DNA of 64,000 bases from positions 3,328,001-3,392,000 of the forward strand of contig OY759353.1 of assembly GCA_963662315.1 (NCBI GenBank), written 5' to 3'. The notes below the pieces were generated by a model. It saw only the letters and a program-made list of their open reading frames with translations, was not told where the DNA came from and did no database searches. Shown here one piece after another: positions 19,783 through 29,861 of this stretch; position 1 is the stretch's first letter, and each line of letters opens with the position of its first letter. A program made the position numbers and the translations under genes. This DNA is from Geopsychrobacteraceae bacterium. Lineage in GTDB: Bacteria; Desulfobacterota; Desulfuromonadia; Desulfuromonadales; Geopsychrobacteraceae.

Positions 19783-21180
19783 ATGAAAACAACAAGGACC
19801 ATTATGTTACGCAACCTACTGCTATTGACTACCTTATGCGCTTTTTTACTGCTGCCTGCCTGTTCCCAAACAGAAGATTCGAATGCCGCAGTTGACACTA
19901 CACAGAAGCAAAACAATAAGGTCACCCGAACAAAAGATACACAACAGGCTTCAGACAATAGCTACACTATCGTTTATAAAAAAATTAATGGGGAAACAAT
20001 CAAACTGATTGAAAGAAAATCATCATACCAAAAACTGACGATTAAAGATCTCCAAGAATCAGTCGAGAAAAAAGATCCAGATGCAACCTACGAGTTGGCC
20101 CGCCGATATTTAAAGGGGGAAGGAGTCATACAAGACATATCCAAAGCCCTCTCCTTATTAGATTCTGCGGTGGATCTGGGCAGTACCGAAGCGCTTAATG
20201 ATATGGCTTCTTTCTACCAGGTAGGTAATTTTGGTTACAAAAAAAATATGAACAAAGCCTTTGGACTCTTTAAGCAGGCGGCTGAAAGGGGAGATTCCCT
20301 AGCCCAATACAACACTGCGACTTGTTATTTCAATGGTTATGGTACAGATATCGATTATAAGGAGTCGTTATACTGGTCTAATACCGCTGCGGAACAGAAA
20401 GATCCTGGAGCGCTACAACTGCTAGGTAAACATTATCTACAAGGAGCCGGAGTCTCCCAAAACACAAAAAAAGCTATCAGTCTGTTCGAAGAGGCTATTG
20501 CCCTCGGCGATAGTACTGCCTACGCTGAACTAGGACATCTATACGCTGAAGGAAAATTAGTCAAACAGAACCTTGATAAAGCCATTTCCCTTTTCAATAA
20601 AGGTGTTGCAGCTGGAGAACCAAACAGTATAGGGCAATTAGGTTATTTATACTCCAAAGGAAAAGGGGTTCCTAAAAACATCGCTAAGGGGCTAGAATAC
20701 ACCCGTAAAGCTGCACAAATGGGAATTCCCTTCGCACAAAATAATTTAGGATCGGCATACTACTCTGGCCGAGGGATTAAACAAAGTGACTCCTCAGCTT
20801 TTCATTGGATCCAACTAGCCGCAGAGCAAGGATACCCAATCGCAATGGGAACTCTTGGAGGTTTTTATTTAATTCCAGTTGGAACAAAACAAGACTTAAA
20901 TAAAGCATATGAATATTCTATTAAAGCAGCAAAAAAATGTGATGCTGGGGGTATCTTCACTCTTGGACAAATGTATGAATATGGTGAAGTTGTAAAACAA
21001 AGCGCTCAAAAAGCATTTGCCCACTATTTCATTGCAAAAGAATTGGAAACTCAAGATCAAAATTTTACCGCGGCTGTCAATTCGTATCTAACTCCATTAA
21101 AGGCTAAAATGTCAGCTTCAGAAATCCAAGCTGCTGAACGTGAAATACCAAAGTTGAAAAAAGAATACGGACTACAGTAA
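19783..21180 (+). CDS. Sel1-repeat lipoprotein, immunity candidate 1
   Basis: LPAC lipobox; multiple A...LG..Y..G.G Sel1 repeats. Confidence 0.88.
   Translation: MKTTRTIMLRNLLLLTTLCAFLLLPACSQTEDSNAAVDTTQKQNNKVTRTKDTQQASDNSYTIVYKKINGETIKLIERKSSYQKLTIKDLQESVEKKDPDATYELARRYLKGEGVIQDISKALSLLDSAVDLGSTEALNDMASFYQVGNFGYKKNMNKAFGLFKQAAERGDSLAQYNTATCYFNGYGTDIDYKESLYWSNTAAEQKDPGALQLLGKHYLQGAGVSQNTKKAISLFEEAIALGDSTAYAELGHLYAEGKLVKQNLDKAISLFNKGVAAGEPNSIGQLGYLYSKGKGVPKNIAKGLEYTRKAAQMGIPFAQNNLGSAYYSGRGIKQSDSSAFHWIQLAAEQGYPIAMGTLGGFYLIPVGTKQDLNKAYEYSIKAAKKCDAGGIFTLGQMYEYGEVVKQSAQKAFAHYFIAKELETQDQNFTAAVNSYLTPLKAKMSASEIQAAEREIPKLKKEYGLQ
20065..20723 (+). repeat. Near-identical ~660-bp direct repeat with 22825-23483
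   Basis: Line-by-line comparison at offset 2760 shows only scattered substitutions. Confidence 0.9.
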
Positions 21181-21183
21181 ACC

Positions 21184-22560
21184 ATGCCCTGCAACACCTA
21201 TCGCATATGCATAATATTTTTTATCCTGTTGCTGGGAGCTTGTTCTCAGCAGCAGGATAAACCTCAAGCAATTAATAAACCAACGCCAGTAACACCAATT
21301 TCACAAGAAAGCGCAAAAAAACAACCAAGCCAGACTAGTACTTATCGTGTTGAGTACCGCACAATTAACGATCAACTTAGAAAACTGGTTGAAGTCATTA
21401 CCCCCTATATGGATTTGCCCGTAGCAGAGCTCGAAGCAAAAGCGCAACAAAAAGATGCTGATGCAACCTATGAATTGGCACGCCGCCTCATCCATGGCGA
21501 AGGAATGGCACGCAACCAATCCAAAGCACTCTCTTTGTTGGAACAAGCTGTAGATCTTGGTAGTGCTGCAGCATTGCTTGATACTGCTTCGTTTTATGAA
21601 TATGGATCTTACGGCCATCAGCGAAACCTGCAAAAAACCTTTGAGTTAACCAAAGAATCAGCAGAAAAAGGCTATGCATTGGCACAAGGGAATTTAGCCA
21701 ATTTCTATTTTATCGGCAAAGGAACGTCCATTAATTACAGTAAAGCAAAAGAATGGGCACAAAAGTCTGCAGATCAAGGCAACCCGGACGCAATGGTAAC
21801 TCTTGGGCAGATTTACGTGTATGGCCATGGCGTATCGCAAGATGTCGACAAGGGTATTCTGTTCTTTGAAGAGGCGATTAGTAAAGGTGAATACAGTGCG
21901 TACTTTGAAATGGGTCTCTTTTATTCAGCAGAAGACAGTGAACAGTTCAATATAAGTAAAGCAATTGATATTTTGCAAAAAGGTGTAGATCTTAACGAAC
22001 CAAACTCCATTGGGCAACTTGGCTACATATACCTAGAAGGGCTAGGTGGCCTTAAAAATCAAAGAAAAGGAATTGAGTATACTCAAAAAGCAGCAACACT
22101 GGGGGTGGCTTTTGCCCAATATAATTTAAGCAATGAATATTATACCGGGGAAATTTTACCAAAAGACGTTGGAAAATCAATTAAATGGTGCCTTCATGCA
22201 GCTAACCAAGGGCTCCCCAATGCTCTTAGTTCCCTAGGGCAAGCATATATTTTTGGGGAAGGCGTAAATCAAAGCTTTCAAAAAGCGTACGATTATTCCC
22301 TACTAGCTGCAAAAAGCGGGGATCCTTTAGGTATTTTTACAATTGGTCAGCTCTATGAAAATGGAAAAGTAGTCTCTCAAAGTTTTGCAAAAGCATATTC
22401 TCACTACAGCATTGTTATTGAGTTGGATAAACAAAAAGGAAAAATGGACCAAACAACGCTGACTCACTTTAACAGTGTTAAATCTCAAATGTCTCCTTCA
22501 CAAATCCAGTCAGCTGAACATGAAATACCTAAGCTGATGAAAGAATACGGTTTACAGTAA
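21184..22560 (+). CDS. Sel1-repeat lipoprotein, immunity candidate 2
   Basis: LGAC lipobox; Sel1 repeats; paralog of flanking genes (all end YGLQ). Confidence 0.88.
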   Translation: MPCNTYRICIIFFILLLGACSQQQDKPQAINKPTPVTPISQESAKKQPSQTSTYRVEYRTINDQLRKLVEVITPYMDLPVAELEAKAQQKDADATYELARRLIHGEGMARNQSKALSLLEQAVDLGSAAALLDTASFYEYGSYGHQRNLQKTFELTKESAEKGYALAQGNLANFYFIGKGTSINYSKAKEWAQKSADQGNPDAMVTLGQIYVYGHGVSQDVDKGILFFEEAISKGEYSAYFEMGLFYSAEDSEQFNISKAIDILQKGVDLNEPNSIGQLGYIYLEGLGGLKNQRKGIEYTQKAATLGVAFAQYNLSNEYYTGEILPKDVGKSIKWCLHAANQGLPNALSSLGQAYIFGEGVNQSFQKAYDYSLLAAKSGDPLGIFTIGQLYENGKVVSQSFAKAYSHYSIVIELDKQKGKMDQTTLTHFNSVKSQMSPSQIQSAEHEIPKLMKEYGLQ

Positions 22561-22563
22561 ATC

Positions 22564-23940
22564 ATGCCCTGCAGCACTTACCTCATATGCTTAATATTTT
22601 TTATCCTCTTGCTGGGAGCTTGTTCTCAACAACAGGATAAATCTCAAGCAGTTAACACTACACAGAACCAAAACAATAGTATCGCCCCCCAAAAAGGTAC
22701 GCAGCAGGCTTCCAACAAAAGCTACACTATCGTTTATAAAAAAATAAATGGGGAGATAATTAAACTGGTTGAAAGAGAATCACCATATCAACTGCTATCG
22801 ATGGAAGAGCTCCGAGAATCCGTTGAGAAAAAAGATCCAGCTGCAACCTACGAGTTGGCCCGCCGCTACTTAAAGGGGGAAGGAGTCATACAAGACATAT
22901 CCAAAGCCCTCTCCTTATTAGATTCTGCGGTGGATCTGGGCAGTACCGAAGCGCTTAATGATATGGCTTCTTTCTACCAGGTAGGTAATTTTGGTTACAA
23001 AAAAAATATGAACAAAGCCTTTGGACTCTTTAAGCAGGCGGCTGAAAGGGGAGATTCCCTAGCCCAATACAACACTGCGACTTGTTATTTCAATGGTTAT
23101 GGTACAAGTATAGATTATAAGGAGTCGTTGTACTGGTCTAATACCGCTGCGGAACAGAAAGATCCTGGAGCGCTACAACTGCTGGGTAAACATTATCTAC
23201 AAGGAGCCGGAGTCTCCCAAAACACAAAAAAAGCTATCAGTCTGTTCGAAGAGGCTATTGCCCTCGGCGATAGTACCGCCTACGCTGATCTAGGACATCT
23301 ATACGCTGAAGGAAAATTAGTCAAACAGAACCTTGATAAAGCCATTTCCCTTTTCAATAAAGGTGTTGCAGCTGGAGAACCAAACAGTATAGGGCAATTA
23401 GGTTATTTATACTCCGAAGGAAAAGGAGTCACTAAAAACACCGCTAAGGGGCTAGAATACACCCGTAAAGCTGCGCAAATGGGAGTTCCTTTTGCACAAT
23501 ACAATTTAGGGTACGCATATTTACATGGAGAAGGGGTAAAACAAAATAATTCTCAGGCTTTTAACTGGACACAAAAAGCTGCAGAGCAAGGGTACCCTTC
23601 AGCGATAGGGACACTTGGCACACATTACCTAACCTCAGTTGGGACAAAACAAAACTTAGAAAAAGCATATGAGTATTCCTTAAAAGCAGCCCAAAAAGGT
23701 AATTTCATAGGCATTTTCAACCTAGGCGAAATGTACGAATACGGAGAGATTGTCAATCAAAGTTCGTCAAAAGCCTACGCTCACTATTCCATTGCGCTAA
23801 ATTTAGCAAAAGGAGATCAAACCTCGATAAAAACTATCCGTTCTTTTTTGAATCCTTTGAGTGCCAAAATGTCCGCTTCAGAAATTCAAACAGCCGAACG
23901 GGAAATCCAAAAGTTGAAAAAAAAATACGGTTTACAGTAA
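22564..23940 (+). CDS. Sel1-repeat lipoprotein, immunity candidate 3
   Basis: LGAC lipobox; Sel1 repeats; core near-identical to candidate 1. Confidence 0.88.
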   Translation: MPCSTYLICLIFFILLLGACSQQQDKSQAVNTTQNQNNSIAPQKGTQQASNKSYTIVYKKINGEIIKLVERESPYQLLSMEELRESVEKKDPAATYELARRYLKGEGVIQDISKALSLLDSAVDLGSTEALNDMASFYQVGNFGYKKNMNKAFGLFKQAAERGDSLAQYNTATCYFNGYGTSIDYKESLYWSNTAAEQKDPGALQLLGKHYLQGAGVSQNTKKAISLFEEAIALGDSTAYADLGHLYAEGKLVKQNLDKAISLFNKGVAAGEPNSIGQLGYLYSEGKGVTKNTAKGLEYTRKAAQMGVPFAQYNLGYAYLHGEGVKQNNSQAFNWTQKAAEQGYPSAIGTLGTHYLTSVGTKQNLEKAYEYSLKAAQKGNFIGIFNLGEMYEYGEIVNQSSSKAYAHYSIALNLAKGDQTSIKTIRSFLNPLSAKMSASEIQTAEREIQKLKKKYGLQ

Positions 23941-23978
23941 ACCATGCCATGTGCTCATCGTCATTTCTTGCCAGGTTC

Positions 23979-25583
23979 TTAATTACGAAGCATATCGAGT
24001 TGAAATGCCTGTTTCAACATCCCCTGGAACGATTTGACCACTTCCAATGCCAGGCGCAGGCGGCCTTGCTCGACGCGGTTCAATGCTTCCGGGTAGACGT
24101 GGTTGGTGATCTCGCGTCCGTTGCTCATGGCGTCGACCTGCCCCCGTAAGCGTAAAAACATCAGCAGGTTGAAACTGGCGTCAATATCGTTGAACTGTTG
24201 CTGGGCAATCAGACCGCGATCACGCAGGATAATCAATTTATCATGGGTGCTTCCTCCCATAATGCCATGACTTAACGCTAGGGTTTTAACCCCTTCGGTC
24301 AGGGCAAAGATACCGGCTTTTTTCAGGTCGAGCTGGCCCATATGGCGTGGATTCGTCTCCGTCTTGATTCGCCCGAATATGCCGAGAGGGGGCGAAAAAC
24401 GACACACATTGGCGGCCATACGAGCCAGGAAGATAGTATTTTCCTCGGCTCGCTGGATAATATGAGCGCGCAGGCGCTGTTCAAGGGATGTATTGCCACA
24501 CAGGCTGCGCATATCGGAAAACATGCTGAAGTTGAGAATGTTCTCGCTACTGGGTGACGCGATCCAGCCATCAATCGCGAATTGCCACTCGGCTAAAGAC
24601 CGGCGCCAGAAAGGATTCCTGGCCATAATACCCCCTGGACATTCAGGAACACCGATTTCTATCAGCGCCGCAATAACCTGCTGTGAAAACTCTTCAATAT
24701 CGGCCAGTTCTTCAGCCGGGGTATCATTTGCGTAGATAATGGCGTTATCCTGATCCGTTTTAAGTGTCTGCTCACGTCGCCCTTCACTTCCCAGAACCAG
24801 AAAAGCACTATTCTCACCTAGCCTGGCAAAGCGCCCCTGTTTTAGCAGCGAAATCAGCTTGTCGGACAGCTGGTCATTGACCAGCGCTATCAGGCGTACC
24901 AGTTCAGTGACCTTGACCCCGCTGCGGTAGAGAAAAACAATGAGCTGCTCACTTTCGCTGTGAATGGTTTTCAGTTCAGAAATAGACCGGGCTTCATCGA
25001 CAGCCCGCAGCAGTCTGTGCGGAGAGCGGTCCTGAAGGCGAATAATATCCGACTCATTGATCAGGCCGACCAGCGTATTGGTGGCATCGACAACTCCAAC
25101 ACGGTGAATACGGTGGCGTGACATGCAATAAAGAACTTCAAACAGGGTATCTTCTTCACGAACCGAGATAACCGGAGAGGTCATCACATCATCGACAATA
25201 AGGGTAGACGGATCAAGGCCGGCGGCAACCACCTTGCTGCGTAGATCGCGATCTGTCATTATCCCTACCGGGATGTTTTCTTTATTGCAGACAACCAGGC
25301 TTGAAATTTTTCGGTCTCTCATCAGCTGAGCAGCAATAACCACGTTGTCATCGGTCCGGCAGGTAATCAAACCACGATGGCAATAATCTTTGACCGGCAG
25401 AAAAAAGATCGATTCTTCGGGCACGGGCAGCTCCCTTGCTGCTGTCATTGTTGACAGGGATGAGTCAATAACGGCGATGCTCGAACTTCGAGAGGGAAAA
25501 TGTGGCTCGTTTTCAGATAGTTTAACGAATTCTTCAAAAAAACGCAGTGATAATTCATTGCTCGCCCAAAATCGTAGAACCAA
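23979..25583 (-). CDS. CBS-domain + DUF294 putative nucleotidyltransferase (start probably 25448)
   Basis: Tandem CBS domains; LGSEGRREQ..TDQDNA, CPGGIMA.NP.W and DLKK.G motifs. Confidence 0.9.
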   Translation of the reverse strand: MVLRFWASNELSLRFFEEFVKLSENEPHFPSRSSSIAVIDSSLSTMTAARELPVPEESIFFLPVKDYCHRGLITCRTDDNVVIAAQLMRDRKISSLVVCNKENIPVGIMTDRDLRSKVVAAGLDPSTLIVDDVMTSPVISVREEDTLFEVLYCMSRHRIHRVGVVDATNTLVGLINESDIIRLQDRSPHRLLRAVDEARSISELKTIHSESEQLIVFLYRSGVKVTELVRLIALVNDQLSDKLISLLKQGRFARLGENSAFLVLGSEGRREQTLKTDQDNAIIYANDTPAEELADIEEFSQQVIAALIEIGVPECPGGIMARNPFWRRSLAEWQFAIDGWIASPSSENILNFSMFSDMRSLCGNTSLEQRLRAHIIQRAEENTIFLARMAANVCRFSPPLGIFGRIKTETNPRHMGQLDLKKAGIFALTEGVKTLALSHGIMGGSTHDKLIILRDRGLIAQQQFNDIDASFNLLMFLRLRGQVDAMSNGREITNHVYPEALNRVEQGRLRLALEVVKSFQGMLKQAFQLDMLRN

Positions 25584-25654
25584 CCAGCTGTTTCTTGTTG
25601 TGGCCGGGATATCAATGTCTTAGGCAAGGGAAGAGGCCCGCTGTCCGATAGACG

Positions 25655-28204
25655 CTATTTGCTGATCAGTCCCTTGAGGCCTCCACTGATTAACGCAGAA
25701 ACATTGAGCAACACCTGCGGAAGGGCCAGCCCACCCGGACAGGCCAGATAGCGTGGTTCCCAGACCGGATCGAACTTCTGTTTGTAAGCCCGCAACCCTT
25801 CAAAATTGTAAAAGTGTTCACCTTGGCGGAAGATAAAAGCTCCTATACGGTGCCACAGGGGGGCGTGGCGACGACTTTCCAAGCCGGACAAGGGCGCCAT
25901 TCCCAGATCGAAATAGCCATATCCCTGTTGCTGTCCCCATAAAATCAGCTCAACGAACAGATAATCCATAATGCCGTTGGGACTCTGTGGCCGGTAGCGC
26001 ATCAGGTCGATAGATAATTCCTCCTGATTCGCACCAAGCCACAGGTTGGCGAAGGCGATAATCTCTTCTTCCTGCATAACCAATGCAACGGGGAAGTTGC
26101 GCAGGTAGTTCTCGTCAAAACAGCCGAGGGAAAAACCTTTTTCGCGCACCTTTTTTGTCGTCATCCAGGCATCTGAAACCTCTTTAAGCCGGGGCAACAG
26201 TTCCGTGGCCTGATCTGCCGGGCACACCTGAAATGTATAGCCCTCTTTTTCCATTTTTCGCTTGATATAACGTAAATTACTCCGTTTCGCCCCGCTCAGC
26301 GAAAATTCAGGCAAAGGGACCCGCGCCGTTTCACCAATTTTGAACAGAGTTAAGCCCATATCCAGATAAACGTGCAGCAATTGGGGACCCACCTCGTAAA
26401 AAATCGTCTGTCCACCATGCTGTTCGACCATGTCACGATATTGCCAGGCCAGATCCCTTGCTACTTCGACTTCTCCAATCGGATCACCAAGCGCAACCCA
26501 GGAATTTTTTTCAACGCCATACATGACAAAGCCGTCCTGTTGTTCAGAAAACAGCAATGCCTTGTCGCCAAGCAAAGCAAGATTGGCGACCGTCTGTTGC
26601 GCCGACCCGATAATTGGTGCGGCCAGAGCTAGATCCTTGGGCTCGGGTAAATGTGGCGCGGGAGCGGGCGAGCGCAATAATCTGGCCAGCGCAAATAACA
26701 AAAGAAAAATACCAATACCGACTGCCGCCCGCATGAAGCGTGGAGCATCCGCATGGAGAGAAAAATGCCACCACAGGTCTGATGTATAATTGACATGCTT
26801 ATAGGCAAAAAAGCCGAGCCATGTGGAACACAGCATGACGATCAGAATACTGGCCAGCCAACCGAAGCTTAAAGGCTCTGCCAGTAAGGACGATTTACGA
26901 TAAAAATGCCGGTGACAAGGAAGCAATGCCAGCAACATGCCCCCGAGAAGCAGGGCTTCTTCATAGTCCCCCCCTTTGAGCAGGGAAAAAAGGCTACCGG
27001 CGCCGAGTAATCCGACGGCTAACAGATAAGCGGCATCGAGTCGTCTCTGCAGGCCACGGGCCAACACCAGCAATACGGCTCCGATCAGGCTACCGAGAAA
27101 ATGGGAAATTTCCAGAATTGGCAGAGGCAGGAAATCTTCCAACCAGACTAACCGTGAGGGTGCTGCCGGCGTTGCACCTGATATCAATAGAATAGTTCCG
27201 GCGATAAAGGTTGAAACCGCCAGAAATTGCGGAACCAGAAGGGTACTCCACTGGCTGGCCGTCTTGAGCATACGCCCGACAACAACCTTGCGCAGGTAGA
27301 TTTCGTTGCCGATCAACAGCAAGGTTGCAACCAGCAGGGGAAGCAGATAATAGATGGCCCGGAACAGCAACAGCGAACCGATGAGCATGGCGGGTGCCAC
27401 CGAAGGCAGGAACAGCACCATCAGTGATTCAAAAATGCCGAGACCGCCTGGGACATGGCTGATCAGCGCCACAATCTGGACCAGCAGGTAAATCCCCAGA
27501 AAATGTCCCAAGGAGATATCCGCTCCTGGAGGGAGCAGCACATAAAGCACACTGCCCGCCAGACTCCAGTCAAGAGCGCCAACCAGCAACTGCAGGCTGC
27601 CAAGCTGCAGGGTTGGTAAACCAAATGACCAGGATTTTAACCGTAGAGTAGCGCCTCTCAAACAGACGATCAGGTAGCTGGCACCCAATAACAGAAACAG
27701 CCAGCCCAGTGGCTGAACCGTCAGCCAGGGCAGGTGTATGGCTGCTGGCAAGGATAAGGGTTCGGCAATAAATACCACGCCGCCAACCGTCAGAAGGCCC
27801 AGCCAGAAGGTCACCACCGTAAAGCCGACCAGCTTGACAATCTTTTCCCCCGATAAGCCCCAGGCAGAATAAAGACGGTAACGCACCGAACCGGCCATCA
27901 ACAATGACAAACCAATGGTGTTACTCAAAGCGTAACTGGCAAAGGAGGCCAGCATGACCTTTTGCGGGGCGAGCTTTTCACCGATATAACGGACTGCCAG
28001 CAGGTCATAAACGGTCAGGACCAGATAGCTGCATAGAGTCAATATCAGGGCACCCAGCAACTTGTTCACCGGTATAGCATGGACCTGAGTAACAATGTCG
28101 TGGTAGTGAAAATGCCCGATGGTACGGTGCAGTAACCATAACGCCAAAGCAAATATGGTGATGGCCAAAAGGGGCATCCAGATGCGGTGATTGATTTTAG
28201 GCAT
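25655..28204 (-). CDS. mprF: Bifunctional lysylphosphatidylglycerol flippase/synthetase
   Basis: Multi-TM N-terminus (SHVPGGLGIFE); synthase motifs EKGFSLG, DLMRY, LGMAPL, YNFEGLRAYK.KF.P.W. Confidence 0.95.
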   Translation of the reverse strand: MPKINHRIWMPLLAITIFALALWLLHRTIGHFHYHDIVTQVHAIPVNKLLGALILTLCSYLVLTVYDLLAVRYIGEKLAPQKVMLASFASYALSNTIGLSLLMAGSVRYRLYSAWGLSGEKIVKLVGFTVVTFWLGLLTVGGVVFIAEPLSLPAAIHLPWLTVQPLGWLFLLLGASYLIVCLRGATLRLKSWSFGLPTLQLGSLQLLVGALDWSLAGSVLYVLLPPGADISLGHFLGIYLLVQIVALISHVPGGLGIFESLMVLFLPSVAPAMLIGSLLLFRAIYYLLPLLVATLLLIGNEIYLRKVVVGRMLKTASQWSTLLVPQFLAVSTFIAGTILLISGATPAAPSRLVWLEDFLPLPILEISHFLGSLIGAVLLVLARGLQRRLDAAYLLAVGLLGAGSLFSLLKGGDYEEALLLGGMLLALLPCHRHFYRKSSLLAEPLSFGWLASILIVMLCSTWLGFFAYKHVNYTSDLWWHFSLHADAPRFMRAAVGIGIFLLLFALARLLRSPAPAPHLPEPKDLALAAPIIGSAQQTVANLALLGDKALLFSEQQDGFVMYGVEKNSWVALGDPIGEVEVARDLAWQYRDMVEQHGGQTIFYEVGPQLLHVYLDMGLTLFKIGETARVPLPEFSLSGAKRSNLRYIKRKMEKEGYTFQVCPADQATELLPRLKEVSDAWMTTKKVREKGFSLGCFDENYLRNFPVALVMQEEEIIAFANLWLGANQEELSIDLMRYRPQSPNGIMDYLFVELILWGQQQGYGYFDLGMAPLSGLESRRHAPLWHRIGAFIFRQGEHFYNFEGLRAYKQKFDPVWEPRYLACPGGLALPQVLLNVSALISGGLKGLISK

Positions 28205-28527
28205 AGATTAAAAATATCCAGAGAATTATTAAGATTAAGAAACTTGGATTTCCGAATAACAGTTTGGCGATAAGAATAATGCGCCTCGAGTTCATCAGCA
28301 ACCATTTAAGACCAGATGACCAAATGGTCATGTTGGGGTCATGCTCACATCATCTGCGCTCTTTAGGATAATGCCTTTTATTGATAATAATGTTAACAGG
28401 TACAGGATTTTTCAGCTTATAAAAGAGCGGGCCAAGACAGCCTGAAGGATCTGCTCGTGGGTAAACAAACGCTGCAGTCAGTGTGACCACATTCAAAGAA
28501 CACCCACAAGCCGGAAGGTAAAATAAC

Positions 28528-29070
28528 ATGACACCAATCAGGAACCTAACTTGTGTTCTTGCGCTGCTGACACTTTCCGTGTTCTGTTGTCAGCAAGCAA
28601 AAGCAGCGGACACGCTGGAAACAGCAGGGGATATCGGCAAGATACTCATACCGGCCATTGCCTACGGAACAACTTTTTACCTGCATGACACTGAAGGCCG
28701 TGACCAATTTTATTGGTCATTTTTTACCAATCTTTCTGTGACATACGCCTTAAAATATACAATCGATAAACAACGTCCCAATGGCGAAGACCATTCATTC
28801 CCCTCTGGCCATACCTCCATGGCCTTTCAGGGCGCAACCTTCATCCATAAACGCTATGGCTGGCAATACAGTATTCCAGCCTACCTGGGGGCCGCTTTTG
28901 TCGGATATAGCCGCATTGAGACGGATAATCATTACGTGGAAGATGTTTTGGCGGGAGCGGCAATCGGCGCAATCAGCAGTTACTATTTCACGGACAGGTA
29001 CCAGGGGCTGGCAGTCACCCCTGTGGTCGACAAGGATTTTTTGGGTCTTACCCTGTCGAAAAAATGGTAG
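28528..29070 (+). CDS. PAP2 family phosphatase (LpxE-like)
   Basis: K-x6-RP, PSGH and SR-x5-H-x3-D motifs; signal peptide. Confidence 0.9.
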   Translation: MTPIRNLTCVLALLTLSVFCCQQAKAADTLETAGDIGKILIPAIAYGTTFYLHDTEGRDQFYWSFFTNLSVTYALKYTIDKQRPNGEDHSFPSGHTSMAFQGATFIHKRYGWQYSIPAYLGAAFVGYSRIETDNHYVEDVLAGAAIGAISSYYFTDRYQGLAVTPVVDKDFLGLTLSKKW

Positions 29071-29090
29071 TGCTCCATCAGTTCAAAATG

Positions 29091-29128
29091 CAGGAAGAGA
29101 CGATTCGATCCTGAGTCGTCTCTTCCTG
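29091..29128. terminator. Hairpin between convergent genes
   Basis: CAGGAAGAGACGATTC / GAGTCGTCTCTTCCTG inverted repeat. Confidence 0.65.
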
Positions 29129-29136
29129 ACCTTAAT

Positions 29137-29322
29137 TCAGCAAATCAACCCACCCTTATCGGCAATAAAGTCGATAATCGCCTGCAATCCTTCCCCCGTT
29201 TTCAAATTGGAGAAGACAAAGGGGCGCTCGCCGCGCATTTTCTTGCTGTCACGGTCCATAACGGCCAGGTCAGCGCCAACCAGGGGAGCCAGGTCGGTTT
29301 TGTTGATCACCAGCAGATCAGA
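29137..29322 (-). pseudogene. ureG: 3' remnant (61 aa) of urease accessory GTPase gene
   Basis: Translates [53 protein letters not shown], a UreG C-terminus; no N-terminus or P-loop; mobB ends about 20 bp upstream. Confidence 0.88.
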
Positions 29323-29343
29323 GGAAACCTGGCGGCCTGTAAG

Positions 29344-29847
29344 TCAAGTCATGATCTCGGCAACAACAAAATCGACAATGGCGGCAGGATCATTCAAATC
29401 CAGAACCGGAATATCCAGCTCCAGGTCTTCCAAGTCACTGGCGACGGCAATAACATTGGCATAGGGCTTGTCGGTGCTACCGTAAAGCAGCTCACCATAC
29501 TCATGACGATGAACTTCGATCTTCGGCACTGTGCTGTTTTTGAACCCTTCTATAATAACGATATCAACATCAGGGAAATAACCGATCAGCTCTTCCAGAG
29601 GAAGTTCCTGTTCCAGACACTTCATCAGCGCCATTTTGGTACTCGATGCAACCAGCACGCTATCGGCTCCAGCTGCGGTGAAACGGTAACTGTCCTTGCC
29701 CGGCTTGTCGACCTCAAACTTGTGGGCATCATGCTTTATCGCCCCGACCTTGTAACCTCGCTCCTTAAGCAGACCAATCACCTTTTCAACCAGAGTCGTC
29801 TTCCCGGTTCCGGACAAACGCGCTACAAATGATATCGCTTTGGTCAT
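29344..29847 (-). CDS. mobB: Molybdopterin-guanine dinucleotide biosynthesis protein B
   Basis: SGTGKTT, IKHDAH, GKDS and EGFK..PKIEV motifs. Confidence 0.93.
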   Translation of the reverse strand: MTKAISFVARLSGTGKTTLVEKVIGLLKERGYKVGAIKHDAHKFEVDKPGKDSYRFTAAGADSVLVASSTKMALMKCLEQELPLEELIGYFPDVDIVIIEGFKNSTVPKIEVHRHEYGELLYGSTDKPYANVIAVASDLEDLELDIPVLDLNDPAAIVDFVVAEIMT

Positions 29848-29861
29848 CGGGCTAACCCCGC

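Noticed and set aside
19783..23940. Possible diversity-generating retroelement (repeated segments)
   Set aside because: No reverse transcriptase, and differences are not confined to adenines; ordinary paralog recombination explains it.
28781..29464. 227-aa plus-strand ORF
   Set aside because: Overlaps the PAP2 gene in another frame and is antisense to the ureG remnant and mobB; shadow ORF.
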